Assembly: GCA_012813795.1 (NCBI GenBank)
Contig: GCA_012813795.1_4087.1
Reading direction: 5' to 3' (one strand)
DNA from: a phage
DNA length: 64,000 nt
Under the pieces are notes generated by a model. That model ran no database searches, was not told where the DNA came from, and saw nothing but the letters and a program-made list of their open reading frames with translations. The position numbers were made by a program, and so were the translations under genes. Shown here piece after piece: positions 11,401 through 20,869 of this stretch. Numbering within the stretch: position 1 is the first letter of the stretch; each line of letters starts with the position of its first letter.

Positions 11401-14400
11401 CCTAGTGGGTTGTGGGATGTTGGTAATGAGAAAGGTGATAGCTCAACTGGAACTATCTTATTTGGTGCACGTAAAGGCCAATATGACAAGTATAAACGTT
11501 TTGGTACACAACCATTCAAGATCACCAAAACAGGCAAGCAGACTGCTTCTGGTGTTGATATTTGCGTTATTGAGTACATTGCACCTGAAGTATTAGGTCT
11601 TGTTTATGGTAGTTTGAATCATCGTGCTGAACCTTGGACCTATGGTGACATGGGTGACATGGAATTCACATACATGAACACCTCAATGTTCGCATATGAT
11701 GAATTAATGTTGTTATTCAAAGCTAAACCTGCACAATTCACCAACTATTTCTGGAATACTCGAAATAATACATTAAAAACTGTATCTGGTAACGAACCAC
11801 AGTTTTTATATGGTGATACTCGTTTACGTTTGAACTTTAACAGTGATACAATAGTACATGGTGAGAATAGCACTCGTGTTATTGGTTATCAAATGATTGT
11901 TAGTAACTATTTGATGTATCAAAACAAAAACATCACTACTAAGTACGGTGAAGTTGTTCGTTCTTCTCATATTAATGTTGGTCATAAACTAGGTGGATTC
12001 ACTAAAGCTGACCAATTAACATTTACGTCAGAAGCAACTGGTCTAATTTCACAAGAAAACCAATCTATCGGGTTAGTTCGTTCTAATAATATTAGAAATG
12101 AGCAAATGAGTGCAATTAAAATTACTTGGACTGGTAGTGCTTACCAAATTGATGGTTATGATTTAGTTTCTGCAACATTCAATTATAAATTGCCTGTTAA
12201 AAACGGTCATAAAGTAACTTTGAAAGTTGATAATCGTAATGTTGTTCATTATAATGAGTGGAAAAATGATGCATCAATCCCTTACGGAACTTTGATGAAT
12301 ACATTCCAAGAAGTTTACACATTTATTTGTGGTTATGGTGAGTATCTCAAACAACATGGTTGGATTTTTGAAGAAGTTGATGAATCTGGTATCCAACAGG
12401 ACTGGAATACAATTGCAAAAGACTTTTTAATCTGGAGTCAACAACAATTGAGTACTGGTGAATTCATTTCATGTACTCCATCTGCAATTAAAGCCAAATT
12501 TGGTACAGATTTTGGTTCAGTACAGTCAATTACACAAAATAGTGGTGGTGTTTGGTCACTATTAGATGATTCAAACCAAGGTATCCGTCAATTTGAGATT
12601 GAAACATCTCGTATTGGTAATATATTCACGGTGAGAACTACTGAAGAATCAAATAAACGCATGGCACTTATTCGTTTAAGTATCAGTTCATATGAACATG
12701 CTGTTATTTTTGATGATCAGACTATTTTCGGTGACTATATCTACGAACCAACCTATGGTGCAGTTCAAGAATTGATTAAATTGTATGGATATATCACTGG
12801 TTCATGGTCTGGTCGCTTACAAGCTCCTGGATTTATCATCCTAGAAGCTGGAACATTACCATCATTTGAAACATTGGTATCAAATTTCCAACAGTATTAT
12901 GATAATGAAACTCCAGTTAGTGATGTTCAATTGAATGAACTATCAAATCACTTAATTGGTTATCAGTCTCGCGATTACTTACAACGTATGATCACCAACG
13001 AGCCTGGTAGAATTGATTTCTATAAAGGTTTCATCCACGATAAAGGTACTAACCAAGTACTAGAAAAAGTACTACGTGTATCTAAATCATATAATACTGA
13101 TGAGTATAAAGCATTACAAGAATGGGCATTCCGAGTTGGTTCTTATGGTAACATTGATGGGGTTAAAAATCTTCAATTTAAACTAATTAATAATGAGTTT
13201 AAACAACAACCACAAATGATTTCGTTTGACCGCTATGCTGATAAGGTAGAGTCAGAGAATGAGATCGTATATTATGGTGAAATTGGTGAAGATTCACGCT
13301 GGATTAGTCGTCCTAAAGGTAAATTCTCATTACCTATGCGTAGTGGAAGAAGTGAGAACATCCAATTACCTAATATTGGCCCAGTAACCTTAGATGAAAT
13401 TGATTATACCACATTGAATTATGAAACGGCTAATCAAGATCGCATTAGTTACACGAATAACTTTGGCAAAATACCAACATCTGTTTGGATGTTCCAAGAT
13501 ATTAATAACGAATGGAATATATATGATTTGGTAGACACTGGTATTACAATGGTTTCCATTACACCAATAGAGAATAGCGACCCATATGCTGAGCAATATT
13601 GTAAAGTACTATTGTCTGATGACATCCCACTAATGGATGGTGATTATTACTATTTCGTTGATGAAACAAACTTTATGCCTGACGCACTACGTGAAGAAGG
13701 TCAATATTACACTTCTGGACTAAATCCAAAAGTTATGGTTGTGCCATTTGACACTTCTATCACTATTGACTTCTCAACTGTAGAATCAGCACCACGTTTG
13801 TATCGTTATGTTAGTAGATTCAGCACTCAACAAGAACGTGATGATTATATTGCTAAAAAATACAGTTACAGTGCACCTGAAAGTACTTTGTTTGACCGTC
13901 CTACTACGTATGATGAAAGAACAAACATCACTGCATTGTATTTGAATGTGTTTGACCCAATCAATGGTGTTATTCCTGGTGTAGCAATGCAAGATGTTGA
14001 TTTCATCTCCCCTGTTGATCCAGCACAATATAGCAGTAATGGTGAACTATTACAAGCATGGGGTGCTGAAAAGGTAGGTAAGGTATGGTGGAACACTAGT
14101 ACTGCATTCTATCTGGATTATACCCGTCCAATCTTTGATGAGGATGGAAACGTTGATGTAAAAGCAACTAATGAATATAAGCGTTATAATTGGGGTAAAT
14201 TATTACCACACAGTGTTATTGATGTTCTAGAATGGGTTAGTTCACCAGTAGAACCATACAACTGGGAAAAATATTGTGCAGAACAAGCCAATAAAAATAA
14301 AAACAACACCATGTATCTCCCAAGTGGGGTTGCGATGGATGATAACTATAGTTCATCTATGGAATATGATCCAATCACCGATACATATGTAGTTCGTTAT

Positions 14401-17400
14401 TATTTCTGGGTTCGTAATACAATTTATGTTCCACCAATGACTACTCGTAGTAAGTCTTGTACTGATATTGCACGTATTATTCAAGATCCAACACAATTGA
14501 ATGTTCCTTGGTTTGCACCTATTAACGAAAATAGTTTCATTCTAAGTAATATGCAATTTGAAGTTAATGATGATACAAGCATTTTGACAATTTCATATAG
14601 AAATGACAATATTGAAGTCCTGAAGCATGACCAATATCAACTTTGTAAAGAAGGTGATAGTTATGACTTTAACCCAGATATTTGGAATTCTCTATGGAAC
14701 TCACTAATTGGTCAAGAAACTACTTCAACTGGTGTTGTAAATGAAATAGTTTATCCTAAAGTTGAAACTGGTTTGGGTTCTAATAAAACTTGGTTCCAGA
14801 ATGTTATTGAAGCTCGTCGTGCGTTTGTTGAGAGTGCTAATAACTTTTACCGTTCACATAACATCACAACTAACAGTGTTGTTATGAATGATGTCTTTAA
14901 TGTTAAAACATTAAAAATGAACCCGAATGATATTACATTCCGTGTTCTATCATTTAACAATGAATTGGTAATTGCACCAGAAGACAACCGCTTCAAAGAG
15001 AATGATGCAGTATTTGTAAGTTCCATTGGAACATTACCAGCACCATTATCTTCAAGTTCTGTATATTTTGTTCACATTGATCCAAATGGATACATTCAAT
15101 TGATGAACAGTCCAAGCACAGTTGGTAGTACTGTCACAATCACTCTAGAAAATAGAGGCGAAGGTCAACACAAGATGATTAAACAAGCTGACTTCATTGA
15201 ATCACTTGGTACATCGTTGGATATGACACAGTACTGGAATCTAGCTGATTGGTACGATACTGGATACGATAGTAACACTGAATATACACAAGAAGTTAGT
15301 TTAGATGACGCAAACACTAAAAATTACCAAATTGGTGATATTATCCGTGTAACTGATAGTGATGGCGTTTGGACATTATACATCAAGACTGCATCTCGCA
15401 ATAATGTATACTGGAGAGCTATTGGACGTGAGAATAGTACTGTTGAATTGAATTCAATGTTATATTCTAGTTACAATGTTTATAATGATGATGGTTCTTT
15501 GAATTCTCATGAGGTTAACGTTCGTAATGCGTTAGCGTTGTTGAAAAATTCATTCGATTTATATCAAAGTAATATTGTATTTGATATGGTTAAGTACGTG
15601 CACACTGAACAAAGTGTTGTTGATTGGGTATTCAAAACCTCCTATATCTATATCGTAGGTTTGGAGCAATCACTAGTACAGAACTACTCAAATGACAACT
15701 TGATTAATCAAATTGTTGAGTACTTCGAGGAAGTTAAACCATACAGAACCAAAATCCGTTCTCAAATCGAACAGAAAACTTCTGATGATGATTTGATTAA
15801 TGGTATTAGTAATGACCTTGACCCAGATGGCTATATTTTAGTTGATGGTGTGTGGGTTAAGACTGAAAAAGACATTTGGGATTTAGAATATGCACAATTC
15901 AATGATGTAACTCAACGTTGGGAAAAGATTGGTTCACTACCAAGTGACTTTATCACACCTAATAGACGATTCCAAGAAATAGACGTTATTATGCATTATG
16001 ATAATATTCAATGTGAACAGTATGATAGTAATTATACAATTGATGAGTTGAAATCAACCAATAGTAAGTATCAATCCAACGAGGCTGATGTAGGTAATAA
16101 TTATGAATTACAGAGATATGTTTATACATTCCCTGAATATGATAATAATACCTTAATTTCACAAATTGGTATTGAAATGACTACCAAATATTCAGATTTG
16201 GATATTAGTAATGGTGTTATTAAAGGAATTGATGCATGGTATAAAGCACATTCAACTGATATCGCATCAACTGACCAATTTACTACTGATTTGGAGCAGG
16301 TAACTGCTGATACAAACAATAGTAATATTTTAGAAGATGTTAAAAAATATATTCAATATAATACATTAGCAACTCGTGTGAAAATGTTTAATAATATATC
16401 TGATGATATGGTTTCTAATGAGATTGGTTGTCCGTTTAAGGGTACAAACTATAATGATAATCCTAATACTCGCCTCCCATTCGGGTTTAGTGCAAGTAGT
16501 GATTATAACTATGGTTATTTTGAGATTAGTATTGAACTATATGAAAAATATGTCGATATGATCAAGAAAAATCACCCAGAGTTTACAAACGAAGACCAAA
16601 TTCGTAACATTCTTGAAATAGAATATGGTGTTTATTGCTACAAGTATGATACCACATTAAATGACCGTTATTATTCTGATACCGTTCATGTTTTATCTGC
16701 TATGCGACAAACATTTAATAAGAATATTCTAGATCATTATTATGTTGCTAGAGAAATCTTAAGTAATCGTTCAGTTGAGAAGTATGCTTTTGTTATGATG
16801 CCAAGAAAGTATGTGTATGTTGTGAATGCGGCGGGTGAATATCTACCGATTCCTGAAAGTTACAGCATATCTGATTTCATGGAAGACTTGTTCATAACAA
16901 CCGGAGAATCAGTTGTATTGGCTGAAATTGATTTAAATGATTTACCACAAGACCAGAATAATCCTATGTATTCTGCATACATTGAAGTACTGGAAAGTAT
17001 TAATACCGCGAAATATTTCAATGATATGAACGCATTCGATAACTTGGCATTGGAATCACAAACCAAGTCCATTAAATGGGAAGTTAAAGATAGTGAGATT
17101 GATCCTTATATCATCGACATTTCTGAACTAAACCCATCAGGAAGAACAATGGCACAATTGCGTTTCACTGTTGATGGTTATGGTTTCGATGAAGTTGCTC
17201 AAGAGCAATTAAAAGACACGAGTAGATTCCAAATTGAGGGTATGATCGTACAGAACCCTTACAATATGTCAGAAGCAATTGTAAGTATTCCATCATATGA
17301 TATTGTCATCGAGAATATGGGTAAAGATGTGTTTAAAGATTCAGAAAAATACTTCTTCCCAATTTCAGAAATTAAAACAATTACTGAAATCAAGGTTCAT

Positions 17401-18438
17401 GATGAAGGATTGAAAAATGGTGATAAGGTTGTGATTTTCACACCAGATGGTGAAGATTATGTACGATTCCAAGATGGTGAATGGGTAACTATACTAAGTG
17501 CTAGTAAAATCCAAACCTCCAAAAAACCAAAACTGTACACTGTGCGTGTATTGGGTAACGGAAACGTTGAGTTGGTTGATGGTAACGGTGTTGCATTGAT
17601 GTTTGATAGTGTAACTAAGCGTGAAAGTAATGAGCGTTTTTATACATTATCAATGAACTTAGTTAGAATCCGCACTTTCCAAGACCCTGAGTTTGATGAC
17701 AATGGCCTTAAACTATATGAAAATAATCGTCATTATAGTATACATGCATTGAACTATGAAGTATTCTATGACGAAACATTATATGGTGGTAAATTCAATG
17801 ATGGTATCACATCTGATGAGATTGATTTGTGGTTAGTTTCCAATGAGATTTTTGAAGTTGATGGTATTACAATTGATAATGGTTATAATCAACCAATCAC
17901 TGGTAAAGGTGTTCTAGGTGAACTAGTACGAGCTAAAATGACTGATGGTATTGAAATCACTGTATTTGAATACGATGTTGATGTTATTCAACCAGTACTA
18001 AGTTATGATCGCGTGTGGCAGTATGCACAACCAGTGGTCAATAACACGTTCATCAAAGAGGTAGGATGTAATGTTATTAACATTACAACTGTTGAAGATG
18101 AGGCAATCACTTATGTTGCTAAACCTCGTTCAATAAGCCCATATATCATTACTGATTCAGTACTGTCAGGTGCTGCGGCACAGAATGATGATATTATTGT
18201 GGTTGGATATGAGAAGGTTCAGGTAAGAAATACTGATCGTCTATTACGTGGTGTCATGTATAGTGCGGAGCATAATTTCACAAAAGGAACTTCTTATAGC
18301 TTCAATGGATTGAACTTAGGAAGCATTGATAAGTTTACTCAATATCAAAACTTCTATCCACCAATTCCATTAGAGACATTCAGAAATGGATTGTCAATTA
18401 CTGGAACCGATATCGAAAAACTTTTGAATATTCAATAA
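8461..18438 (+). CDS. giant virion-associated structural protein (about 3300 aa), function unassigned
   Basis: Single uninterrupted ORF; ORF track begins at ATG 8431 but ATG 8461 has a GGAG RBS and lies downstream of an ATAAATA late-promoter-like box (8418-8424). Last gene of the baseplate operon, followed by a strong terminator. Confidence 0.6.
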   Translation: MTNNFKFLPTKTAEAVQQKLFIKRLPEWMQGLEDIQKVSDDVIQQWFNPADNEIVDGYIGDMGSPAASAKIFLDESTVERQLYQLSTAYVSRNDDTSIRSLQFYDDLVGYMEHYGTLTSNESRLFSGKFYSWTPPINPNKMTNYSSYLWDSKNSFGITSPDFIVMERGADNGNTWSLQNFWYTIGQTLEDGTVLTADMTQDTRFIRAQAPIIEYNKNIELINYGTNFRGIVDLFSDTVKPEDIVQKDVNDGIRIDGIIPQDGMRILFTSIGNVGENNRIYKVFIKKMQDGSRTYGLALDPDEESEERPSGEPHNGDVILVRDGNVYKNTSMYWNGVDWVRAQTKSGINVFPQFQLYDRDGFKLNDTTMYPSSNFVGSSLFGFKINYNYGTDKVYGYNIELGNYNYYMYENFLQSVRYTYDHLGVETEISGLYYYNVVGKDNELHLKTDWVRSKEDSKQFVKQTPQIEHTDMYRVFNTVFEMENFKTPLEGMYAYVIEVDRTYQYYKEERQTYMDWHVISGEGIQSERFNRTFELAQKIIDGKSTEIIEIQVDGVDVTDYTRHVYNNKVQSITLGEDVTLKDESVIQIRTYSSTEVPNKELGAYEIPINLQNNPYNDNILYINQSNFTLHFKDIIQKNITSGSVDDFNDYEERLSKGLVDNSVGTKIIQNEASMLPLMAHSANEDIDLFESVLFMQSEYFRFVNKFNTQMIRLYNENPANFLANNASNIVDEILTIINMGHDNTFPFYYDNVASTSGFIRAFVPPTPQFLGILKAHVPEKATFLNAGSKQSCYNISHTGAITKAYRVINGVDKMDDVIYELENRIFNSIDVIFKDEDYQPKLDASDLFPTPYFRDTEYNDEEKKNLLLRGYINFIATNGISNSSHDYDPNNWMTWNYTGTYYIVNGQQTQIPARGSWRAIYTDQFGTYRPATHPWEMFGFSQRPVWWNQEYEPTAVQVGERDSDVVYVYEALVLNEQGNMVPSGLWDVGNEKGDSSTGTILFGARKGQYDKYKRFGTQPFKITKTGKQTASGVDICVIEYIAPEVLGLVYGSLNHRAEPWTYGDMGDMEFTYMNTSMFAYDELMLLFKAKPAQFTNYFWNTRNNTLKTVSGNEPQFLYGDTRLRLNFNSDTIVHGENSTRVIGYQMIVSNYLMYQNKNITTKYGEVVRSSHINVGHKLGGFTKADQLTFTSEATGLISQENQSIGLVRSNNIRNEQMSAIKITWTGSAYQIDGYDLVSATFNYKLPVKNGHKVTLKVDNRNVVHYNEWKNDASIPYGTLMNTFQEVYTFICGYGEYLKQHGWIFEEVDESGIQQDWNTIAKDFLIWSQQQLSTGEFISCTPSAIKAKFGTDFGSVQSITQNSGGVWSLLDDSNQGIRQFEIETSRIGNIFTVRTTEESNKRMALIRLSISSYEHAVIFDDQTIFGDYIYEPTYGAVQELIKLYGYITGSWSGRLQAPGFIILEAGTLPSFETLVSNFQQYYDNETPVSDVQLNELSNHLIGYQSRDYLQRMITNEPGRIDFYKGFIHDKGTNQVLEKVLRVSKSYNTDEYKALQEWAFRVGSYGNIDGVKNLQFKLINNEFKQQPQMISFDRYADKVESENEIVYYGEIGEDSRWISRPKGKFSLPMRSGRSENIQLPNIGPVTLDEIDYTTLNYETANQDRISYTNNFGKIPTSVWMFQDINNEWNIYDLVDTGITMVSITPIENSDPYAEQYCKVLLSDDIPLMDGDYYYFVDETNFMPDALREEGQYYTSGLNPKVMVVPFDTSITIDFSTVESAPRLYRYVSRFSTQQERDDYIAKKYSYSAPESTLFDRPTTYDERTNITALYLNVFDPINGVIPGVAMQDVDFISPVDPAQYSSNGELLQAWGAEKVGKVWWNTSTAFYLDYTRPIFDEDGNVDVKATNEYKRYNWGKLLPHSVIDVLEWVSSPVEPYNWEKYCAEQANKNKNNTMYLPSGVAMDDNYSSSMEYDPITDTYVVRYYFWVRNTIYVPPMTTRSKSCTDIARIIQDPTQLNVPWFAPINENSFILSNMQFEVNDDTSILTISYRNDNIEVLKHDQYQLCKEGDSYDFNPDIWNSLWNSLIGQETTSTGVVNEIVYPKVETGLGSNKTWFQNVIEARRAFVESANNFYRSHNITTNSVVMNDVFNVKTLKMNPNDITFRVLSFNNELVIAPEDNRFKENDAVFVSSIGTLPAPLSSSSVYFVHIDPNGYIQLMNSPSTVGSTVTITLENRGEGQHKMIKQADFIESLGTSLDMTQYWNLADWYDTGYDSNTEYTQEVSLDDANTKNYQIGDIIRVTDSDGVWTLYIKTASRNNVYWRAIGRENSTVELNSMLYSSYNVYNDDGSLNSHEVNVRNALALLKNSFDLYQSNIVFDMVKYVHTEQSVVDWVFKTSYIYIVGLEQSLVQNYSNDNLINQIVEYFEEVKPYRTKIRSQIEQKTSDDDLINGISNDLDPDGYILVDGVWVKTEKDIWDLEYAQFNDVTQRWEKIGSLPSDFITPNRRFQEIDVIMHYDNIQCEQYDSNYTIDELKSTNSKYQSNEADVGNNYELQRYVYTFPEYDNNTLISQIGIEMTTKYSDLDISNGVIKGIDAWYKAHSTDIASTDQFTTDLEQVTADTNNSNILEDVKKYIQYNTLATRVKMFNNISDDMVSNEIGCPFKGTNYNDNPNTRLPFGFSASSDYNYGYFEISIELYEKYVDMIKKNHPEFTNEDQIRNILEIEYGVYCYKYDTTLNDRYYSDTVHVLSAMRQTFNKNILDHYYVAREILSNRSVEKYAFVMMPRKYVYVVNAAGEYLPIPESYSISDFMEDLFITTGESVVLAEIDLNDLPQDQNNPMYSAYIEVLESINTAKYFNDMNAFDNLALESQTKSIKWEVKDSEIDPYIIDISELNPSGRTMAQLRFTVDGYGFDEVAQEQLKDTSRFQIEGMIVQNPYNMSEAIVSIPSYDIVIENMGKDVFKDSEKYFFPISEIKTITEIKVHDEGLKNGDKVVIFTPDGEDYVRFQDGEWVTILSASKIQTSKKPKLYTVRVLGNGNVELVDGNGVALMFDSVTKRESNERFYTLSMNLVRIRTFQDPEFDDNGLKLYENNRHYSIHALNYEVFYDETLYGGKFNDGITSDEIDLWLVSNEIFEVDGITIDNGYNQPITGKGVLGELVRAKMTDGIEITVFEYDVDVIQPVLSYDRVWQYAQPVVNNTFIKEVGCNVINITTVEDEAITYVAKPRSISPYIITDSVLSGAAAQNDDIIVVGYEKVQVRNTDRLLRGVMYSAEHNFTKGTSYSFNGLNLGSIDKFTQYQNFYPPIPLETFRNGLSITGTDIEKLLNIQ

Positions 18439-18440
18439 CA

Positions 18441-18476
18441 AAAAAGGAGAGCCAATGGCTCTCCTTTTCTTTTTCT
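18441..18476. terminator. bidirectional rho-independent terminator between convergent giant gene and clpA
   Basis: AAAAA GGAGAGCC-AAT-GGCTCTCC TTTTCTTTTTCT; A-run upstream and T-run downstream. Confidence 0.8.
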
Positions 18477-20761
18477 TACACTACAGATGGGGTTTTAACT
18501 TGACGCTTTGGTTTGATAGCCAATTTGCCGTTAATTACATCAAATGTTACGTTTCCACCATTTACCAGAGAACCACACAGCATTTCTTTAGCCAGAGGAA
18601 CACGGATATTTTGTTCAATGGTACGTTTCATTGGACGTGCACCCATTCCAGGCTGAACACCATTTGCTTCTAACCATTCACGGGCCGCTTTAGTAATAGT
18701 TACTTTCACGCCACGTTCTTTGATTTGTTCATTTAGACCAGCCATGAACTTATCGATAACACTTTGGATAGCTTCACTAGATAGCTCATTGAACTTCACG
18801 ATACTATCGATACGGTTTAGGAATTCAGGTGGTAGGAAAGCTTTCACTGCTTTCTCTTGTGCAGTTTCACCACCACTTAAACCCAGACTGCGTTTGTTTG
18901 CATCTGCTGCACCTAGGTTGGTAGTCATAATAACTGTTACGTTGTTAAAGTAAACAGTTTTACCTTGAGAACCAGTTAGATGACCTTCATCCAGAACCTG
19001 TAGGAAGGTTAGCAGTACTTTAGGGTGAGCTTTCTCAATTTCGTCCAGAAGTAGGACAGCATTTGGGAATTGCTCAATCTTATCCAACAGTAGACCATTA
19101 CCAGTGTCATGACCAACATAACCTGGAGGTGAACCAATTAGTTTTGCAACGGTATGTTCTTGTGAAAATTCAGACATATCGAAGCGAATCAGTTCAGACC
19201 CCATTGCATCTGCTAGTGCTTTGGTAATTTCAGTTTTACCAGTACCAGATGGACCGACAAACATGAATGCACCTTGAACACTTGCTTTCTCACGCAGACC
19301 TGCACGGGCAACCATTACGTTATCTACCAATTTCTCAACTGCTTCTTCTTGACCGAATACACGGCTACGAAGTGCTGCTGGTAGTGACTTCATGCGTTCA
19401 GTTTCAGTACATGCCACTACGTTGATATCCAAGTTTGCAATTCCAGAAACAACTTCTTGAATTGTGCGTAGTGAAATTACGTTATCAGAATCATCACGTG
19501 AACGTTTCTTAGCTGCTGCTGCATCCATCAGGTCGATTGCTTTGTCTGGGAAGTGCTTGTTCTTCAGGAACTTATCACTCAAAGACACAATCGCATCCAT
19601 TGCTTCAGCACTGAAAGTTACGTTATGGAATTTCTCATAAGTACCTTGTAGACCATTTACAATCGCACGAGTTTCTTCAATTGTTGGCTCAACTACGTCA
19701 ATTTTCATGAAACGACGAGTTAGTGCACTATCTTTCTCGATATTTTTACGGTATTCATCGTAAGTAGTTGCACCGATTACACGAATCTCACCACGAGATA
19801 GTGCTGGTTTCAACATATTACTCATGTCCATTGAGCCGTTGCTTGCAGAACCTGCACCAACCATGATATGGATTTCATCGATGAACACGATTGTATTTTC
19901 ACGCTTCTTCAGTTCTTTGAGAAGATTATCAATACGCTCTTCGAATTCACCACGGTACTTAGTTCCAGCAGTTAGTGCACCAACGTTGAGAGACAAAATC
20001 TCAATGTTTTGTAGATGTTCTGGTACATTACCATCAACGATTGCTTGTGCTAAACCATCAACAATCTGAGTTTTACCAACACCAGCTTCACCAGTAAGAA
20101 TAGCATTCTTTTTAGTTTTACGTGCTAATGTTTCAATCAGTGCGTCCAGTTCTTTTTGACGCCCAATCATTGGGTCCAGTTTGCCATCTTTAGCCAACTG
20201 TGTTAGGTTGGTCGTGTAATCTTCAATTGATTTCTGTTTTGATGCAGGTTGTTGTTGAGCCACCTTTTTCTCCCCAGTAGGTTCATCAGCGATGCTTTGT
20301 AGGTTAATTTCAGAATCAAGAGATTCTACATATTTCTGAAGAGTACGGGCCGCTTCAGTGCGAGTTACACCCTCTTCCAACAATGCTGCTTCTAATGCAG
20401 TGTTTGGGAATGACAAACATTCAAACAGTACAAAGAATGCATCAATTGAGAAATCGTCACGTTTGAGTTGTTCGATGACAGATTTCTTAGATAGTTCTTG
20501 CATTACACGATTGACGATTAGTGTAGTGCGATTAACTTCTTCCCCCATAGTGCTGCGTGGTGCGTGTGGAACATTGGTATTTTTCAGATATTCAATCAAG
20601 CGATCACGCACTTTCGTTGCGTCAACGTTCATTGTCCCAAATACATCAATAATGCTATCCACTGTCAGCACTGTAGCACTGATGTGATCGATTGTCAAGA
20701 AAGTATGACCCATAGAGGTTGCAAGGTCGTCGCTGCTTTTGAATAGCTGTGTTAAATTCAT
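18476..20761 (-). CDS. clpA: ATP-dependent Clp protease ATP-binding subunit ClpA homolog (two-ring AAA+ unfoldase)
   Basis: 761 aa; N-domain, D1 Walker A GEAGVGKT and Walker B IVFIDEIH, D2 Walker A GPSGTGKT and Walker B LLLDEIEKAH, and a hydrophobic-Gly-Leu tripeptide (KRSLGL) at the position of the ClpP-docking loop; alignable with bacterial ClpA over full length. RBS GGAGAG upstream. Confidence 0.9.
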   Translation of the reverse strand: MNLTQLFKSSDDLATSMGHTFLTIDHISATVLTVDSIIDVFGTMNVDATKVRDRLIEYLKNTNVPHAPRSTMGEEVNRTTLIVNRVMQELSKKSVIEQLKRDDFSIDAFFVLFECLSFPNTALEAALLEEGVTRTEAARTLQKYVESLDSEINLQSIADEPTGEKKVAQQQPASKQKSIEDYTTNLTQLAKDGKLDPMIGRQKELDALIETLARKTKKNAILTGEAGVGKTQIVDGLAQAIVDGNVPEHLQNIEILSLNVGALTAGTKYRGEFEERIDNLLKELKKRENTIVFIDEIHIMVGAGSASNGSMDMSNMLKPALSRGEIRVIGATTYDEYRKNIEKDSALTRRFMKIDVVEPTIEETRAIVNGLQGTYEKFHNVTFSAEAMDAIVSLSDKFLKNKHFPDKAIDLMDAAAAKKRSRDDSDNVISLRTIQEVVSGIANLDINVVACTETERMKSLPAALRSRVFGQEEAVEKLVDNVMVARAGLREKASVQGAFMFVGPSGTGKTEITKALADAMGSELIRFDMSEFSQEHTVAKLIGSPPGYVGHDTGNGLLLDKIEQFPNAVLLLDEIEKAHPKVLLTFLQVLDEGHLTGSQGKTVYFNNVTVIMTTNLGAADANKRSLGLSGGETAQEKAVKAFLPPEFLNRIDSIVKFNELSSEAIQSVIDKFMAGLNEQIKERGVKVTITKAAREWLEANGVQPGMGARPMKRTIEQNIRVPLAKEMLCGSLVNGGNVTFDVINGKLAIKPKRQVKTPSVV

Positions 20762-20800
20762 GTTCTCTCCTATGTGATTCTTCTCACTGTCATTAAAATC

Positions 20801-20828
20801 ATTATATCACATTCTTTCAGTTTGTCTA
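20801..20828 (-). promoter_or_regulatory. sigma70-like promoter upstream of clpA (TAGACA-N16-TGATATAAT)
   Basis: Minus strand reads TAGACA, 16-nt spacer, extended -10 TGATATAAT; about 35 nt upstream of the clpA RBS. Confidence 0.6.
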
Positions 20829-20869
20829 CCTAGTAAATACAGATATACCGATTTATTTTGGAGAACAAA

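Noticed and set aside
18720-20746. Plus-strand ORFs (18720-18953, 19824-20069, 20358-20687, 20564-20746) overlapping clpA
   Set aside because: The minus-strand ORF encodes a full-length ClpA with all conserved motifs; the antisense ORFs are short, motif-free and fully contained.
18441-20857. clpA region as host DNA contamination or assembly chimera
   Set aside because: Flanked on both sides by phage-type genes in continuous sequence with phage-style terminator and promoter elements at the junctions; cannot be fully excluded without read data, hence listed as a check.
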